Positions 27,447-39,427 of a stretch of 64,000 nucleotides of DNA are shown one piece after another; the stretch's first letter is position 1, and each line of letters opens with the position of its first letter. Below the pieces are notes generated by a model. That model was given only the letters and a program-made list of their open reading frames with translations. It made no database searches and was not told the DNA's origin. Origin of the DNA: Eledone cirrhosa (lineage: Eukaryota); assembly GCA_964016885.1 (NCBI GenBank), contig OZ024740.1, forward strand, positions 128,464,001-128,528,000. The letters are read 5' to 3'. Position numbers and translations under genes: made by a program.

Positions 27447-27707
27447 TTTCTTTATTAACCACAAGGGTTTACATAAAGTAGACATTAAGGACAGTGCAGG
27501 ACAATGCAGGACGGTACAAATGGGCATTTCTGCGTGTAAAAAAAACAAAAACAGAGGATGTAACAAAAATAACAATGAAAATAACAATGAAAAATTCCCC
27601 AATAGGGGGGAGACTTCGGAGGGACATTTGTGGAGAAAGCCCAGTAAAAATCCACAATGACCCTGACCACCAAGGCAAGTGCCCTCTCCCAGTTTTCCAC
27701 CTTTAGT

Positions 27708-30700
27708 TTACAGATATATACTCAGAGTCGGCCCATTCACTCGGGCCATTCTTGCTTCTCTCACCCATCTTTCAACAAAATGCTGGGAAGAGAGCACTTC
27801 CTTCTCTACTCTGATTTTCCTTTTCAAATGAAATTTGAAAAAGTCAATCAGAGCATCACCGAAGAGGTAAGTGCTCGTCTTCAGCCCTTTCAAACGTGTC
27901 CACCATACTATCTCTTTCGCCATGGCCACCAGACAGATAAAAACTGCCTGCCCTTCCCGGCTAAAGGAGGAGGGCGGGGCAATCCTCACGATAGACTCAG
28001 ATGATAGCTGGATCCGTCCTAAACGCGACAGCAGGTGTTCGACATAAACCCACAAGTCAGCAATTTTCGGACACTGGACGAGTGCGTGCAGGACGGTTTC
28101 GTCGCCCTGAGCGCATCTCGGACATGCCCGGCTGACGGCACCTCCATGCCTGTAGAGTTTATCCCGAACTGGCAAGGCTCCTCGGTAGCACTGCCAGGCC
28201 AGAGATTTCTGGAAGTTGTCCATAGGCCCTGGCCCGAAAGTTCTTCCGAAGAGATTGGCTAGTTGATTTTCGTCGACGCCTAGAGTTTCCCCAAGTACGT
28301 CGTCGCTCTTCCCCTCCACTAATCCTCTATAGAACGCCGAGGTGGAGTTTCCACAGATCACATTGCCCGATTGGTCGAGGGCTGTGAGCGCCTGAAGACA
28401 TTCCAGTCTCCAGGCGCTCCCTCTCGGTCTTCGCTTGACCCAGGACTGCAGCTCCGTCAAGGAAACGAGCTGGGGAAAAACGCGTCTAGCAAACGGCGAC
28501 CACACCTGATCACCGTCGAGGAAGAGGTGGAGATGTCGTAGCCTGAGCGCGTGCCTGCGCATCATCAGCCACGGCATGCCCAGCCCTCCACGTAGCGGGT
28601 GTTGACAACAGATGGACCGCCTGACCATCGGAGCGCGTCCCTTCCACAAAAAGCGAAAGAGCAAACGCTCCAGCACAGACAGGCGAGGCTTAGGACAAGG
28701 TACGACGGTCAGGCGGTAGCAGATGACGGACGCGATGTACGCGTTAGCCACCTCCGCTCGACCTTTCAGGGATAGCTTCCTCTCGGCCCATTTCTGGGTG
28801 AGAGAAGCCACCCTGCTCGTCACCTCGTCCCAGTTTTTGTCCGTCTGGAGGTCCGGACCGAACCAGACCCCTAGCAATTTAACCGGTCCGTCCGTCCAGC
28901 GTCCGACGACGCTGTTGGACGGCATGGACCTGCCTCTCCAGGTGCCGAGCTGCAGGCCCACTGACTTTTCCTGGTTGATCATTGCTCCTGTCACCGCTTC
29001 GTATTCTCTTAGTGTAGTGCCGATCGCCTCGATGTGTTTGGAGTTCGACACCACTACGGTGACATCGTCCGCGTATGCTGATACGGATCTTCCGCATCCT
29101 AGTTCGCGCGGGACCCCCCTCAACGTCTCCAGTTTGTGCAGTAATGGCTCGAGAGTCAATACGTACAAGAGGGACGAGAGGGGACATCCTTGGCGGACCG
29201 AGCGCATGATGTTGAACGGTTCCGACAGGTGACCGTTCACTCTCACCACAGAGCAGATGTCGCTGTGCATGGCAGCGATCCAGCCTCTGAAGACGGGCCC
29301 AAAGCCAGCCGCCCTCAGGACTGCCGCTAGGTAACGATGGTCGACCCTATCGAAAGCTTTCGACTGATCTAAATTGATCAAGGACCCACCCGTGCCAGGT
29401 TCCCTAGCTACCCTCTCTACGATGTATCGCATGAGGTGGAGGTTGTCGTGGATGGATCTGTCGGGAATGGCGCATGTCTGCGCCTCTCCCACCAGACCAC
29501 CAACGACAAGCGCCAACCTCTTTGCTAGCACCTTGGCCAAAATCTTAAACTCTGTGTTTAGCAGAGTTATGGGCCGGAAATTTTCTATGTTATCCCCCTT
29601 GTTCGGATCCTTTCTCAGCAGTGCCACCGCTCCTCGGCTCACAGAACTGGGAATTCTCCCGTTCTGTTGCCAGTTGCAGTAGACGTCCGCCAAGAGGCCT
29701 CCGAACAAGTTTGGCATCTGTACGTAAAGTTCATAGGGCAGACCATCCAAACCAGGCGATTTACCCCTTGTGCAGCCAGTCATTGCCTCCCTTACTTCAG
29801 CGGCTGTTATCGGCTTTTCGCAACACTTCGCCTCAGTGGCCGAGAGCCGCGGCAGTCCGTCGAGGTAGACACTAAAGTCCATCCCTCTACCCGGCCCACC
29901 GCTGCCCCCGAACAGCTGAGCGAAGTGTCGCTGAAAAGCTTCACACATTTGCCCGGGATCGAGTAGCATGCGCCCGTCGTGGTCCACCAAAGACCGGATC
30001 GTGGCTTTGTTGCCACGACGCGCCTCCGCCACTCGGGCCCATTGAACGGCTTTCGTCCCCTCGTGTCTGAGAGCACGCACCCTTGCTCTGACAACGCAGC
30101 CTTCGTGCTTTGCATTGAAGAATTGGTCAAGGGCCAATTTCGCCGCAAGCACGTCGGTCGCAATGCCTTTGCTAAGCGCCTCGTCTAATTTTCTAACTAG
30201 TTCTCCCTCTGCTCTATTTTTCTCTATTGCTAAAGCCTTACTAAATCTAATCGATTCTATTCTAATCGCTCTTTTCAGAGCAAACCACCACTTGTTGTTG
30301 ACGATGGCCCCCGTCAACGCCCGCTTAACTAGTTCGCTAATCCGGTCTCTGTAGGCCTTGCGCGCTGGTAAGGACGCGTTTAGCTTCCAGTAGCCGGGTC
30401 CTCGTCTATGAAGCCTATCTAAGTCAAGCACACAGATCACGAATTTGTGGTCCGTGTAGCTGACTATCTTGAATTGTGGACAGCCTATGCTAGACCTATC
30501 TATTTCCCTACAAAATACTCTATCTAGATATGATCTGGATGACCCTATGCGATTTGTCCAAGTCCACATTGGCACATTCGGGAAATCCAATCGGTACCTG
30601 TCAGACAGTTCAAAACGCCTGAGCAGGTTGGTGAGGCTCTTGCACCCTCCACCCCTATCCGCTAATCCCACACAGTCCCAGCGTGCATCTAAGATCCCGT

Positions 30701-31127
30701 TCCAGTCGCCCACTAACACTAAAGAGCGCGACGTTCCAAGAAAGGTCTCCAGACGCCGGAAGAAATCAGGCCGCCCTGCTCCTGTCGGGGCATAGACGGC
30801 CACTAGCCTGAAAGCTTGCCCGTCTCCGCTGGTCACGTCCAGCACCACCAGCTTACCCTCTGGGTCCAGGAAGATGGCCCGTATGGCGAGATCCAAACCT
30901 CTCCGAAAAAGTACAGCAACTCCTCCACCGGATCCAGGACGGCTGGGAGATGCGTACACATCGTAGCCGCCGAAGATCGGTGCGAAGGCCCGTGCTTCGG
31001 AGATTCTGGTCTCGCTGATGGCCACTACATCTATGTTTAGTGACCTGAGGTCGTTGAGCAGGTGACCCTGCTTCCATGACGACCCCAAGCCACGCGCATT
31101 TATGCTGCCTATTCTGAGTGAGGTCAT
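27708..31127 (-). CDS. LINE ORF2p, 1139 aa: APE endonuclease, reverse transcriptase, C-terminal CCHC
   Basis: Uninterrupted ORF with GSINARG, ISET, GDWN, YLDRV, YTDH (APE); KSPGLDG, FRPITLLN, DQSKAFD, QGCPLS, YADD (RT); CPRC..ETVLHALVQC. Confidence 0.97.
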   Translation of the reverse strand: MTSLRIGSINARGLGSSWKQGHLLNDLRSLNIDVVAISETRISEARAFAPIFGGYDVYASPSRPGSGGGVAVLFRRGLDLAIRAIFLDPEGKLVVLDVTSGDGQAFRLVAVYAPTGAGRPDFFRRLETFLGTSRSLVLVGDWNGILDARWDCVGLADRGGGCKSLTNLLRRFELSDRYRLDFPNVPMWTWTNRIGSSRSYLDRVFCREIDRSSIGCPQFKIVSYTDHKFVICVLDLDRLHRRGPGYWKLNASLPARKAYRDRISELVKRALTGAIVNNKWWFALKRAIRIESIRFSKALAIEKNRAEGELVRKLDEALSKGIATDVLAAKLALDQFFNAKHEGCVVRARVRALRHEGTKAVQWARVAEARRGNKATIRSLVDHDGRMLLDPGQMCEAFQRHFAQLFGGSGGPGRGMDFSVYLDGLPRLSATEAKCCEKPITAAEVREAMTGCTRGKSPGLDGLPYELYVQMPNLFGGLLADVYCNWQQNGRIPSSVSRGAVALLRKDPNKGDNIENFRPITLLNTEFKILAKVLAKRLALVVGGLVGEAQTCAIPDRSIHDNLHLMRYIVERVAREPGTGGSLINLDQSKAFDRVDHRYLAAVLRAAGFGPVFRGWIAAMHSDICSVVRVNGHLSEPFNIMRSVRQGCPLSSLLYVLTLEPLLHKLETLRGVPRELGCGRSVSAYADDVTVVVSNSKHIEAIGTTLREYEAVTGAMINQEKSVGLQLGTWRGRSMPSNSVVGRWTDGPVKLLGVWFGPDLQTDKNWDEVTSRVASLTQKWAERKLSLKGRAEVANAYIASVICYRLTVVPCPKPRLSVLERLLFRFLWKGRAPMVRRSICCQHPLRGGLGMPWLMMRRHALRLRHLHLFLDGDQVWSPFARRVFPQLVSLTELQSWVKRRPRGSAWRLECLQALTALDQSGNVICGNSTSAFYRGLVEGKSDDVLGETLGVDENQLANLFGRTFGPGPMDNFQKSLAWQCYRGALPVRDKLYRHGGAVSRACPRCAQGDETVLHALVQCPKIADLWVYVEHLLSRLGRIQLSSESIVRIAPPSSFSREGQAVFICLVAMAKEIVWWTRLKGLKTSTYLFGDALIDFFKFHLKRKIRVEKEVLSSQHFVERWVREARMARVNGPTLSIYL

Positions 31128-31162
31128 GTTTAAAATAGAGTGGAAAAGATGGGAAAGACCAC

Positions 31163-33264
31163 TTACCGTACTTTTGGTAGAGGAGGGATGGTTTTTACAT
31201 CCCTTTTCACTTGATCGTCTGGTGAAGGGACCGTTGAATCGTCCCTTCGGCTGGTCGTCGGCTCTTCTAAGAGAATGTCTGAGTATACTCTTCGATTGAT
31301 GGTTCCTCCTAGGTCCCTGAAATCACCAACTGCGTTGGGGAATTTCGTTTTAATATTTGTGTATTGTTTCTGTGCTATTTTTAGCAGTCTTATGTTAGTT
31401 GGCGTTTTGATTGGTGCTGGTATTATGTAGTCCTGTTGTGAAATGTCTGTGTGTTCAATTATGTAAGTCATTAGTTTCTTGTTGTGTGTATTTATTGCCG
31501 TGCATTTGTTTTTCTGGGGGTGGGGTGTGGTTCTGCTATTTTCTTGTCGTTGTTGCTGGGTGTGTGTGTTTTGTTGTTGTGTTTGCGATGTTGGTGCTTG
31601 TGGTGGTGGTGTTGAAGGTGTTGTTGGCGGTGGGGTTGTCGCCGGTGGTGATGGTGGCGCTAGTGTGGGTGGTGATGGTGTTGGTGGTGTTGCTGCTGTG
31701 GGTCTCTTTGCAGTAGACTTTACCCTTTTCTCATTTCTTTCCTCCCTTTTCAAAGGCGACGATGCGCTGCTTCTGCGTTTGTGCCTTCTTACGACCTTTT
31801 GCCATCTCTCTCCCACCTCACACTCCATGTCTGATTCTGTGAGGTCGGGGAGGGGTACCAACTCCACTCTTTCACTTGTTGTTGTTGGTGATGTTTGCAC
31901 TGGAGTCTCTGTTGCAGCTGCATTTGGTATTGCTGTTGTTGTTGTTAGTATTTCCACTGCTGCTGCTGTTTTTGATTTCCGTGGAGTGGGTATGGGTGCC
32001 ACGGGCCTATCGTTCCTGGTTGCCGCTTGTCCTGTTGCTGGTAGCCGTGGAGCCGGATTCGGAAGGAGGGGGGTTTTCTCCTTTCTCAGGGTCTTCTCGT
32101 TGCAGAAGGCCCTGAGGTGAGTCTTCGATCCACAGCGAAAGCATTTCGGGCGTTTGCCCTCAACACTTATGGGCAGTTGAGTGCCGTTATCGAAGTCTAT
32201 CACATCCGGGATAGCTTCGATGCACTCCTGGTTGGTTTGGATTAGCATCTCAATGGAGGAGCCGACCCAATCTTCTCTTACTTTTTTCTGTACTTGCAGT
32301 ACAGTTGTTTTGTCCTCGATTCCGACGAGGACAGACGCGGCCAGCCAAGAAGGGGTCATTCCGGGGGGGGGGGGACGTGGGTCAGTTTGACCCTCACAAT
32401 TTTTTGCCCACAGTAGGAGGGCACCAACACCATTTCCTCGCTCCTTAGGGTCACTACTGATTGGGCCTTTGCCTCCTGGGGTGTGGCAAAAAGTACGTCT
32501 ACGGTGGCATATTTTTTGCCTCGGGTGATGTGCGTTTTCCGCTGCCACACAGACCCCAAGGCTTTTTGTATTTGGGCCTCTGTGGCTCTTTCCACCCTAC
32601 GGGATTTTGTACTTACTGTACGGTACGTGACCGTACAGTGCTCTTGGGTTTCGAAAACATTTTTCGCTGCCTTGCAGATTGCTCGGTGTCCGTTCTTTGT
32701 CACCATCTTCTTCGCTTCCTCTAATTCCTCATTTGTTATGAGGATTGTTTCCAAGTTTTTCGCAATACCTGCAAATGAGATTGGTTTTTCTCTGCTGTTG
32801 TTGTTGTCGTCAGAGCTGCTGGTACTTTTGTTGTTGCTGCAGGTACTACGACTACTGCCTCCGCCGCTGTTGCTGTGGTTGTTGTTGGTGTTGCTGCTGC
32901 TAATGTTGTTGTTGTTTACGCTGCTGGTGATGCTGTTGCGGCTGCTACTGTTGTTTTCATTGTCACTGTTGCTGTTGTTATTACGGCTGCTACTGCTATT
33001 ATTCCTGACGTCAGACGAATGAACTGGGTTTTCGTATTTCCCGCACACCTGTTTCGTCGCTGTCGTCGTCGTCGTGGAGAAACCTTGCACGCTTTGCACG
33101 AGACTTTTCTTTTCTTTCGTCACTTGCGAAAGAGAAGGGAGGGAGAGAGACACATTTAAAGAAGGGAGGGAGAGAGACAATCTTCTCTCTGCTGTAGTGA
33201 TGATTGAGGAAGAAGAAGACGGAATGAGTGGGAGTGACGTATGAAATTTCTTTTTCGTAGCCAT
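31163..33264 (-). CDS. LINE ORF1p (~700 aa) with CCHC zinc knuckle; one frameshift in a C-run at ~32363-32374
   Basis: ORF 33264-32356 and ORF 32548-31163 join at HVPP/GMTPSWL, where copy D reads HVPPAIEIPWL without a break. The knuckle CFRCGSKTHLRAFC fits C-x2-C-x4-H-x4-C. N/S- and P/T-rich tracts are present. Confidence 0.8.
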
Positions 33265-33478
33265 GTTGTTTTTTGTTTAAAATGAATATTGGGTAGAAAA
33301 CCCCAATAACCGGTTATTTAGCCCCGAAGGGCCAAATAACGGACAGAAAGACCCCTCTCACGAGGAGGAGGGTGTCTTTATCAACAATTTTGTTCAAGTT
33401 TTAAACAATTTACAATTGTTTTAACGGTTAAAAATTACTATACCTTACAGAGCCGAGCCTCCGTCAACCATGCCATTC

Positions 33479-36400
33479 AATAATAATAATAATAATAATA
33501 ATGTTTTCTTTATTAACCACAAGGGTTTACATAAAGTAGACATTAAGGACAGTACAGGACAATACAGGACGGTACAAATGGGCATTTCTGCGTGTAAAAA
33601 AAACAGAGGATGAAATAAAATGACAAAGAAAAATTCCCCAATAGGGGGGAGACTTCCGAGGGTATTTTGTGGAGAAAGCCCATTAAAAGACCACAGTGGC
33701 CCTGACCACCAGGGCAAGTGCCCTCTCCCAGTTTTCCACCTTTAATTTACAGACACATACTCAGAGAAGGCCCATTCATTCGGGCCATACTTGCTTCTCT
33801 CACCCATCTTTCAACAAAATGCTGGGAAGAGAGCACTTCCCTCTCTACCCTGATTTTCCTTTTCAGATGAAATTTGAAAAAGTTAATCAGGGCATCACCG
33901 AAGAGGTAAGTGCTCGTCTTCAGCCCTTTCAAACGTGTCCACCATACTATCTCTTTCGCCATGGCCACCAGACAGATAAAAATTGCCTGCCATTCCCGGC
34001 TAAAGGAAGAGGGCGGGGCAATCCTCACGATGGACTCAGCTGATAGCTGGATCCGTCCTACACGTGACAGCAGGTGTTCGACATAAACCCACAAGTCAGC
34101 AATGCTCGGACACTGGACGAGTGCGTGCAGGACGGTTTCGTCGCCCCGTGCGCATCTCGGACATGCCCGGCTGACGGTACCTCCATACCTGTAAAGTTTA
34201 TCCCGAACTGGCAAAGCACTCCGGTAGCACTGCCAGGCCAGGGATTTCTGGAAGTTGTCCATAGGCCCCGGCCCGAAAGTCCTTCCGAAGAGATTGGCTA
34301 GTTGATTTTCGTCGACGCCTAGAGTTTCTCCAAGTACGACGTCGCTCTTCCCATCCACTAATCCCCTATAGAACGCCAAGGTGGAGTTTCCACCGATCAC
34401 ATTGCCCGATTGGTCGAGGGCTGTGAGCGCCTGAAGACATTCCAGTCTCCAAGCGCTCCCTCTCGGTCTTCGCTTGACCCAGGACTGCAGCTCCGTCAAG
34501 GAGACGAGCTGGGGAAAAACGTGTCTAGCAAACGGCAACCACACCTGATCACCGTCGAGGAAGAGGTGGAGATGTCGTAGCCTGAGCGCGTGTCAGCCAC
34601 GGCATGCCCAGCCCTCCACGTAGCGGGTGTTGACAGCAGATGGACCGCCTGACCATCGGAGCGCGTCCCTTCCACAAGAAGCGAAAGAGCAAACGCTCCA
34701 GCGCAGTCAGGCGGGGCTTAGGACAAGGTACGACGGTCAGGCGGTAGTAGATGACGGACGCGATGTACGCGTTAGCCACCTCCGTTCGACCTTTCAGGGA
34801 TAGCTTCCTCTCGGCCCATTTCTGGGTGAGAGAAGCCACCCTGCTCGTCACCTCGTCCCAGTTTTTGTCCGTCTGGAGGTCTGGACCGAACCAGACCCCT
34901 AGCAATTTAACCGGTCCGTCCGTCCAGCGCCCGACGACGCTGTTGGACGGCATGGACCTGCCTCTCCAGGTGCCGAGCTGCAGGCCCACTGACTTTTCCT
35001 GGTTGATCATTGCTCCTGTCACCGCTTCGTATTCTTTTAGTGTAGTGCCGATCGCCTCGATGTGTTTGGCGTTCGACACCACTACGGTGACATTGTCGGC
35101 ATATGCTGACACGGATCTTCCGCATCCCAGTTCGCGCGGGACCCCCCTCAACGTCTCCAGTTTGTGCAGTAATGGCTCGAGAGTCAATACGTACAATAGG
35201 GACGAGAGGGGACATCCTTGGCGGACCGAGCGCATGATGTTGAACGGTTGCGAAAGGTGACCGTTCACTCTCACTACAGAGCAGATGTCGCTGTGCATGG
35301 CAGCGATCCAGCCTCTGAAGACGGGCCCAAAGCCAGCCGCCCTCAGGACTGCCGCTAGGTAACGATGGTCGACCCTATCGAAGGCTTTCGACTGATCTAA
35401 ATTGATCAAAGACCCACCCGTGCCAGGTTCCCTAGCTACCCTCTCTACGATGTATCGCATGAGGTGGAGGTTGTCGTGGATGGATCTGTCGGGAATGGCG
35501 CATGTCTGTGCCTCTCCCACCAGACCACCAACGACAAGCGCCAACCTCTTTGCTAGCACCTTGGCCAAAATCTTGAACTCTGTGTTTAGCAGAGTTATGG
35601 GCCTAAAATTATCTATGTTATCCCCCTTGTTCGGATCCTTTCAGCAGCGCCACCGCTCCTCGGCTCACAGAGCTGGGAATTCTCCCGTTCTGTTGACAGT
35701 TGCAGTAGACGTCCGCCAAGAGGCCTCCGAACAAGTTTGCCATTTGTACGTAAAGTTCATAGGGCAGACCATCCAAACCAGGCGATTTACCCCTTGTGCA
35801 ACCAGTCATTGCATCCCGTACTTCAGCGGTTGTTATCGGCTTTTCGCAACACTCCGCCTCAGTGGCCGAAAGCCGCGGCAGTCCGTCGAGATAGACACTA
35901 ATGTCCATCCCTCGATCCGGCCCGCCACTGCCCCCGAACAGTTGAGCGAAGTGTCGCTGAAAAGCTTCACACATTTGCCCCGGATCGAGTAGCATGCGCC
36001 CGTCGTGGTCCACCAAAGACCGGATCGTGGCTTTGTTGCCACGACGCGCTTCCGCCACTCGGGCCCATTGAACGGCTTTCGTCCCCTCGTGTCTGAGAGC
36101 ACGCACCCTAGCTCTGACAACGCATCCTTCGTGCTTTGCATTGAAGAATTGGTCAAGGGCCAATTTCGCCGCATGTATGTCGGTCGCGATGCCTTTGCTA
36201 AGCGCCTCATCTCATTTTCTAACTAATTCTCCCTCTGCTCTATTTTTCTCTATTGCTAAAGTCTTACTAAACCTAATGGACTCTATTCTAATTGCTCTTT
36301 TCAGAGCAAACCACCACTTGTTGTTGACGATGGCCCCCGTCAATGCCCGCTTAACTAGTTCGCTAATCCGGTCTCTGTAGGCCTTGCGCGCTGGTAAGGA

Positions 36401-39389
36401 CGCGTTTAGCTTCCAGTAGCCGGGTCCTCGTCTATGAAGCCTATCTAAGTCAAGCACACAGATCACGAATTTGTGGTCCGTGTAGCTGACTATCTTGAAT
36501 TGTGGACAGCCTATGCTAGACCTATCTATTTCCCTACAAAATACTCTATCTATATATGATCTGGATGACCCTATGCGATTTGTCCAAGTCCACATTGGTA
36601 CATTCGGGAAATCCATTCGGTACCTGTCAGACAGTTCAAAACGTCTGAGCAGGTTGGTGAGACTCTTGCACCCTCCTTCCCTATCCACTAATCCCACACA
36701 ATCCCAGCGTGCATCTAAGATCCCGTTCCAGTCGCCCACTAACACTAAAGAGCGGGACGTTCCAAGAAAGGTCTCCAGACGCCGGAAGAAATCAGGCCGC
36801 CCTGCTCCTGTCGGGGCATAGACGGCCACTAACCTGAAAGCTTGCCCGTCTCCGCTGGTCACGTCCAGCACCACCAACTTACCTTCTGGGTCCAGGAAGA
36901 TGGCCCGTATGGCAAGATCCAAACCTCTCCGAAAAAGCACAGCAACTCCTCCCCGCGATCCCGGACGGCTGGGAGATGCGTACACATCGTAGCCGCCGAA
37001 GATCGGTGCGAAAGCCTGTGCTTCGGAGATTCTGGTCTCGCTGATGGCCACTACATCTATGTTTAGTGACCTGAGGTCGTTGAGCAGGTGGCCCTGCTTC
37101 CATGACGACCCCAAGCCACGCGCATTTATGCTGCCTATTCTGAGTGAGGTCATGTTGAAAAGGAGTGGAAAAGATGGGAAAGACCACTTACCTTACTTCT
37201 CGTAGGGGAAGGACGGTTTTTCCATCCTTTTCACTGCTTGTGGCCTCCTCAGGAAGGATGTCCTTATAAATCCTCCTGGAGAGTGCTTGTCGGAAGTCTC
37301 CGATGTCTTTGGGGAATTTTTTTTTTAGTGTCATGTACGTTTTCTGTGTGATGCGAGTGATTTCTATGTGTGGAGGTGGTGTGAATTTTGGGGTTGTTGT
37401 GTAGTCTTTTTCTGTGATGCTGGTGTTGTGTTGGATGTAGTGTAATAATTGCTTGTTGTTCAAATTTAATGCTGTGTAGTGTGTATCGTTTTGGTTGTTT
37501 TGTTTTGTTTGCGTTTGTTGTGGGTTTGTTTCTGTTTCGCATTTTGGTGACTTTTGTGGTGTAGGTGATGGTGGTGTTGGGGTTAATGATGGTGATAGTG
37601 TTGGTGTTTGGGTTGATGGGGTTGGTGATGCTGGTGTGGATGGTGGCATATCTGTCCTAACTTTTTTGTTTGTTAGTTTATTTGTTTCCCTCTGTATTTT
37701 GTTTTTGGAGGGGGAAGGAAGAGAATTTTTTCTTTTTTGGTTTCTTTTTTTTTCCGGATATCGTTTCCCAATCCTCGTCGTCACAATCTGTCTCCAGTTG
37801 TGATAGGCCGGGGAGTGGAAAATCCTCCACAGGCGTTAGTTTTGGTTGTGGCGTGGTGGATGGTGTAGGCGCTGGTGCTAGTTCTGAAGCGTTGGGTGGT
37901 GGTGGTGTTGGTTTTGCTGGTGGTGGTGGTGGTTTTGGTTTTGCTACTGTTGCTGGGGTTGTTGCTGTTATAGTTGCTTCTGTTGTTGCTGCTACAGTTG
38001 TTGCTGCCATCTCTGCTACTGGTGGTGTTGATGGTTGTGTCACTGGGGTGGGTAGGAGAGGTGGCCTCAACCTTTTAGCCTGAGGGCAGAAAGCCCTTAG
38101 GTGGGTTCCTTCACCACAAACGACACACCTAGGTCTTCTGCCCTCGACAATTACCGTGAGGTGGCTGCCGTCAGTGAGGTCTATTACCTCTGGGATCTCC
38201 TCAATGCTTTTTTGGTCCGCTTGGTTCAGGAGCTCCATCCCAGATCCGGACCAGTTCTCCTGCTTTTCTTTTGCTATTGCTATTATTTTTGTGTTGGCTT
38301 CGATGCCGGCGAGGACGGCCGCTATTAGCCAGGGAATTTCGATGGCCGGTGGAACGTGGGTCACCCTGATCTTTACGAGTCTCTGGCCACAATAGCTTGG
38401 GACGAGTGTGAAGTCGTCACTTCTTAATGGGGCCATGGAGTGTTCTCTAGCCTCCTCTGGTGTTTCAAAGAACACGTCCACGGTTCCATACTTTTGCCCA
38501 CGTCTGATGTGGGTTTTTCTTGCCCACACATGTCCCAAAGCTTTTTGGATTTGGGACTCGGATGCCCGTTCCACTCGGCGCGATTTTACATTTATTGTTC
38601 GATACGACACGGTGCATAGGCGCCGATGCTCCATTTTATTAGGTGGGGGGGGGGGGGGTGAGGCTGACCCTGTACCCATCTTTCTTTACCATTTGTTTTG
38701 CATTTTCTAAATCCTCCTGAGTTACATTAAATGGTTCGAACTGTTTTGCTACTCTGGCGAAACTGAGGGTGGTTTTTATAATGTCATTGTTGTTGTTGTT
38801 GCTATCGTTATTTGTGTTAATATTAATTTTAGTTTCAGTTGTGGTGGTGGTGACGTCAGTCGTCTTTGGTGGGGAAGAGTCCATTTTGCTTGATTTCATT
38901 TCGACATCACGAGTTACTTTATTTTTTTCTTCTTTTTTTTCTGCTGTCGCGGTGGGGGGGGGGGGGTCGCGGTGGTGGTGGTGGTGGAGGCTTTAACACC
39001 TGCAGTCATTGGTAATGGCGGGAAATGAATGTCTGCCTGAGACAAATTTAAAATATTGCTACTGCTTATATTTTTTGTAGTGTTGGCAAACGTAGTAACA
39101 TTTACAATGGTGGTGTCGGTGTGAGGTGTTAATTTGTGAGGAAGGCTTTCAGCTGCTTGGTGCAGAGGTGAATTAGCCATTTTTCTTCAAAGAAATTTTT
39201 TGATAATAATATAAGTTTAAATTTTGGGCACAAGGCCCCAATCTTTTTGGGTGTCCTTTTCGGAAAACAATGTATGTGCGCTTATATATGGTTAACAATA
39301 AAAATTTTCCATAAATGGCAATTTTTAACAAACGGAAATAACAAACCTTTGCGGAACTCACGATGATACGATTTACTACGTAGGTCGCC
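33479..39389 (-). mobile_element. Tx1-group LINE copy D, full length but frameshifted
   Basis: ORF2 37153-33747 is nearly identical to copy C, with breaks at ~36212, ~35640 and an 11-nt deletion at ~34593. ORF1 39180-37188 is broken at homopolymers. Knuckle CVVCGEGTHLRAFC. (TAA)n at both ends. Confidence 0.93.

Positions 39390-39426
<37 letters not shown>

Positions 39427-39427
<1 letters not shown>

Larger units (their letters stand above)
27408..33478 (-). mobile_element. Tx1-group LINE copy C, full length (~6.05 kb)
   Basis: 5' UTR, ORF1, 35-nt spacer, intact ORF2, 3' UTR, AATAAAGAAATC(ATT)n tail; (TAA)n at both ends. Confidence 0.95.

Noticed and set aside
28035-31040. Recurrent antisense ORFs inside Tx1 ORF2 that look conserved between copies
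   Set aside because: They are shadows of a GC-rich coding strand, repeated only because the element is repeated.
32356-32380. Programmed frameshift in ORF1
   Set aside because: Copy D reads through this site in frame, and its own breaks lie in other homopolymers. Slippage or sequencing error is simpler.
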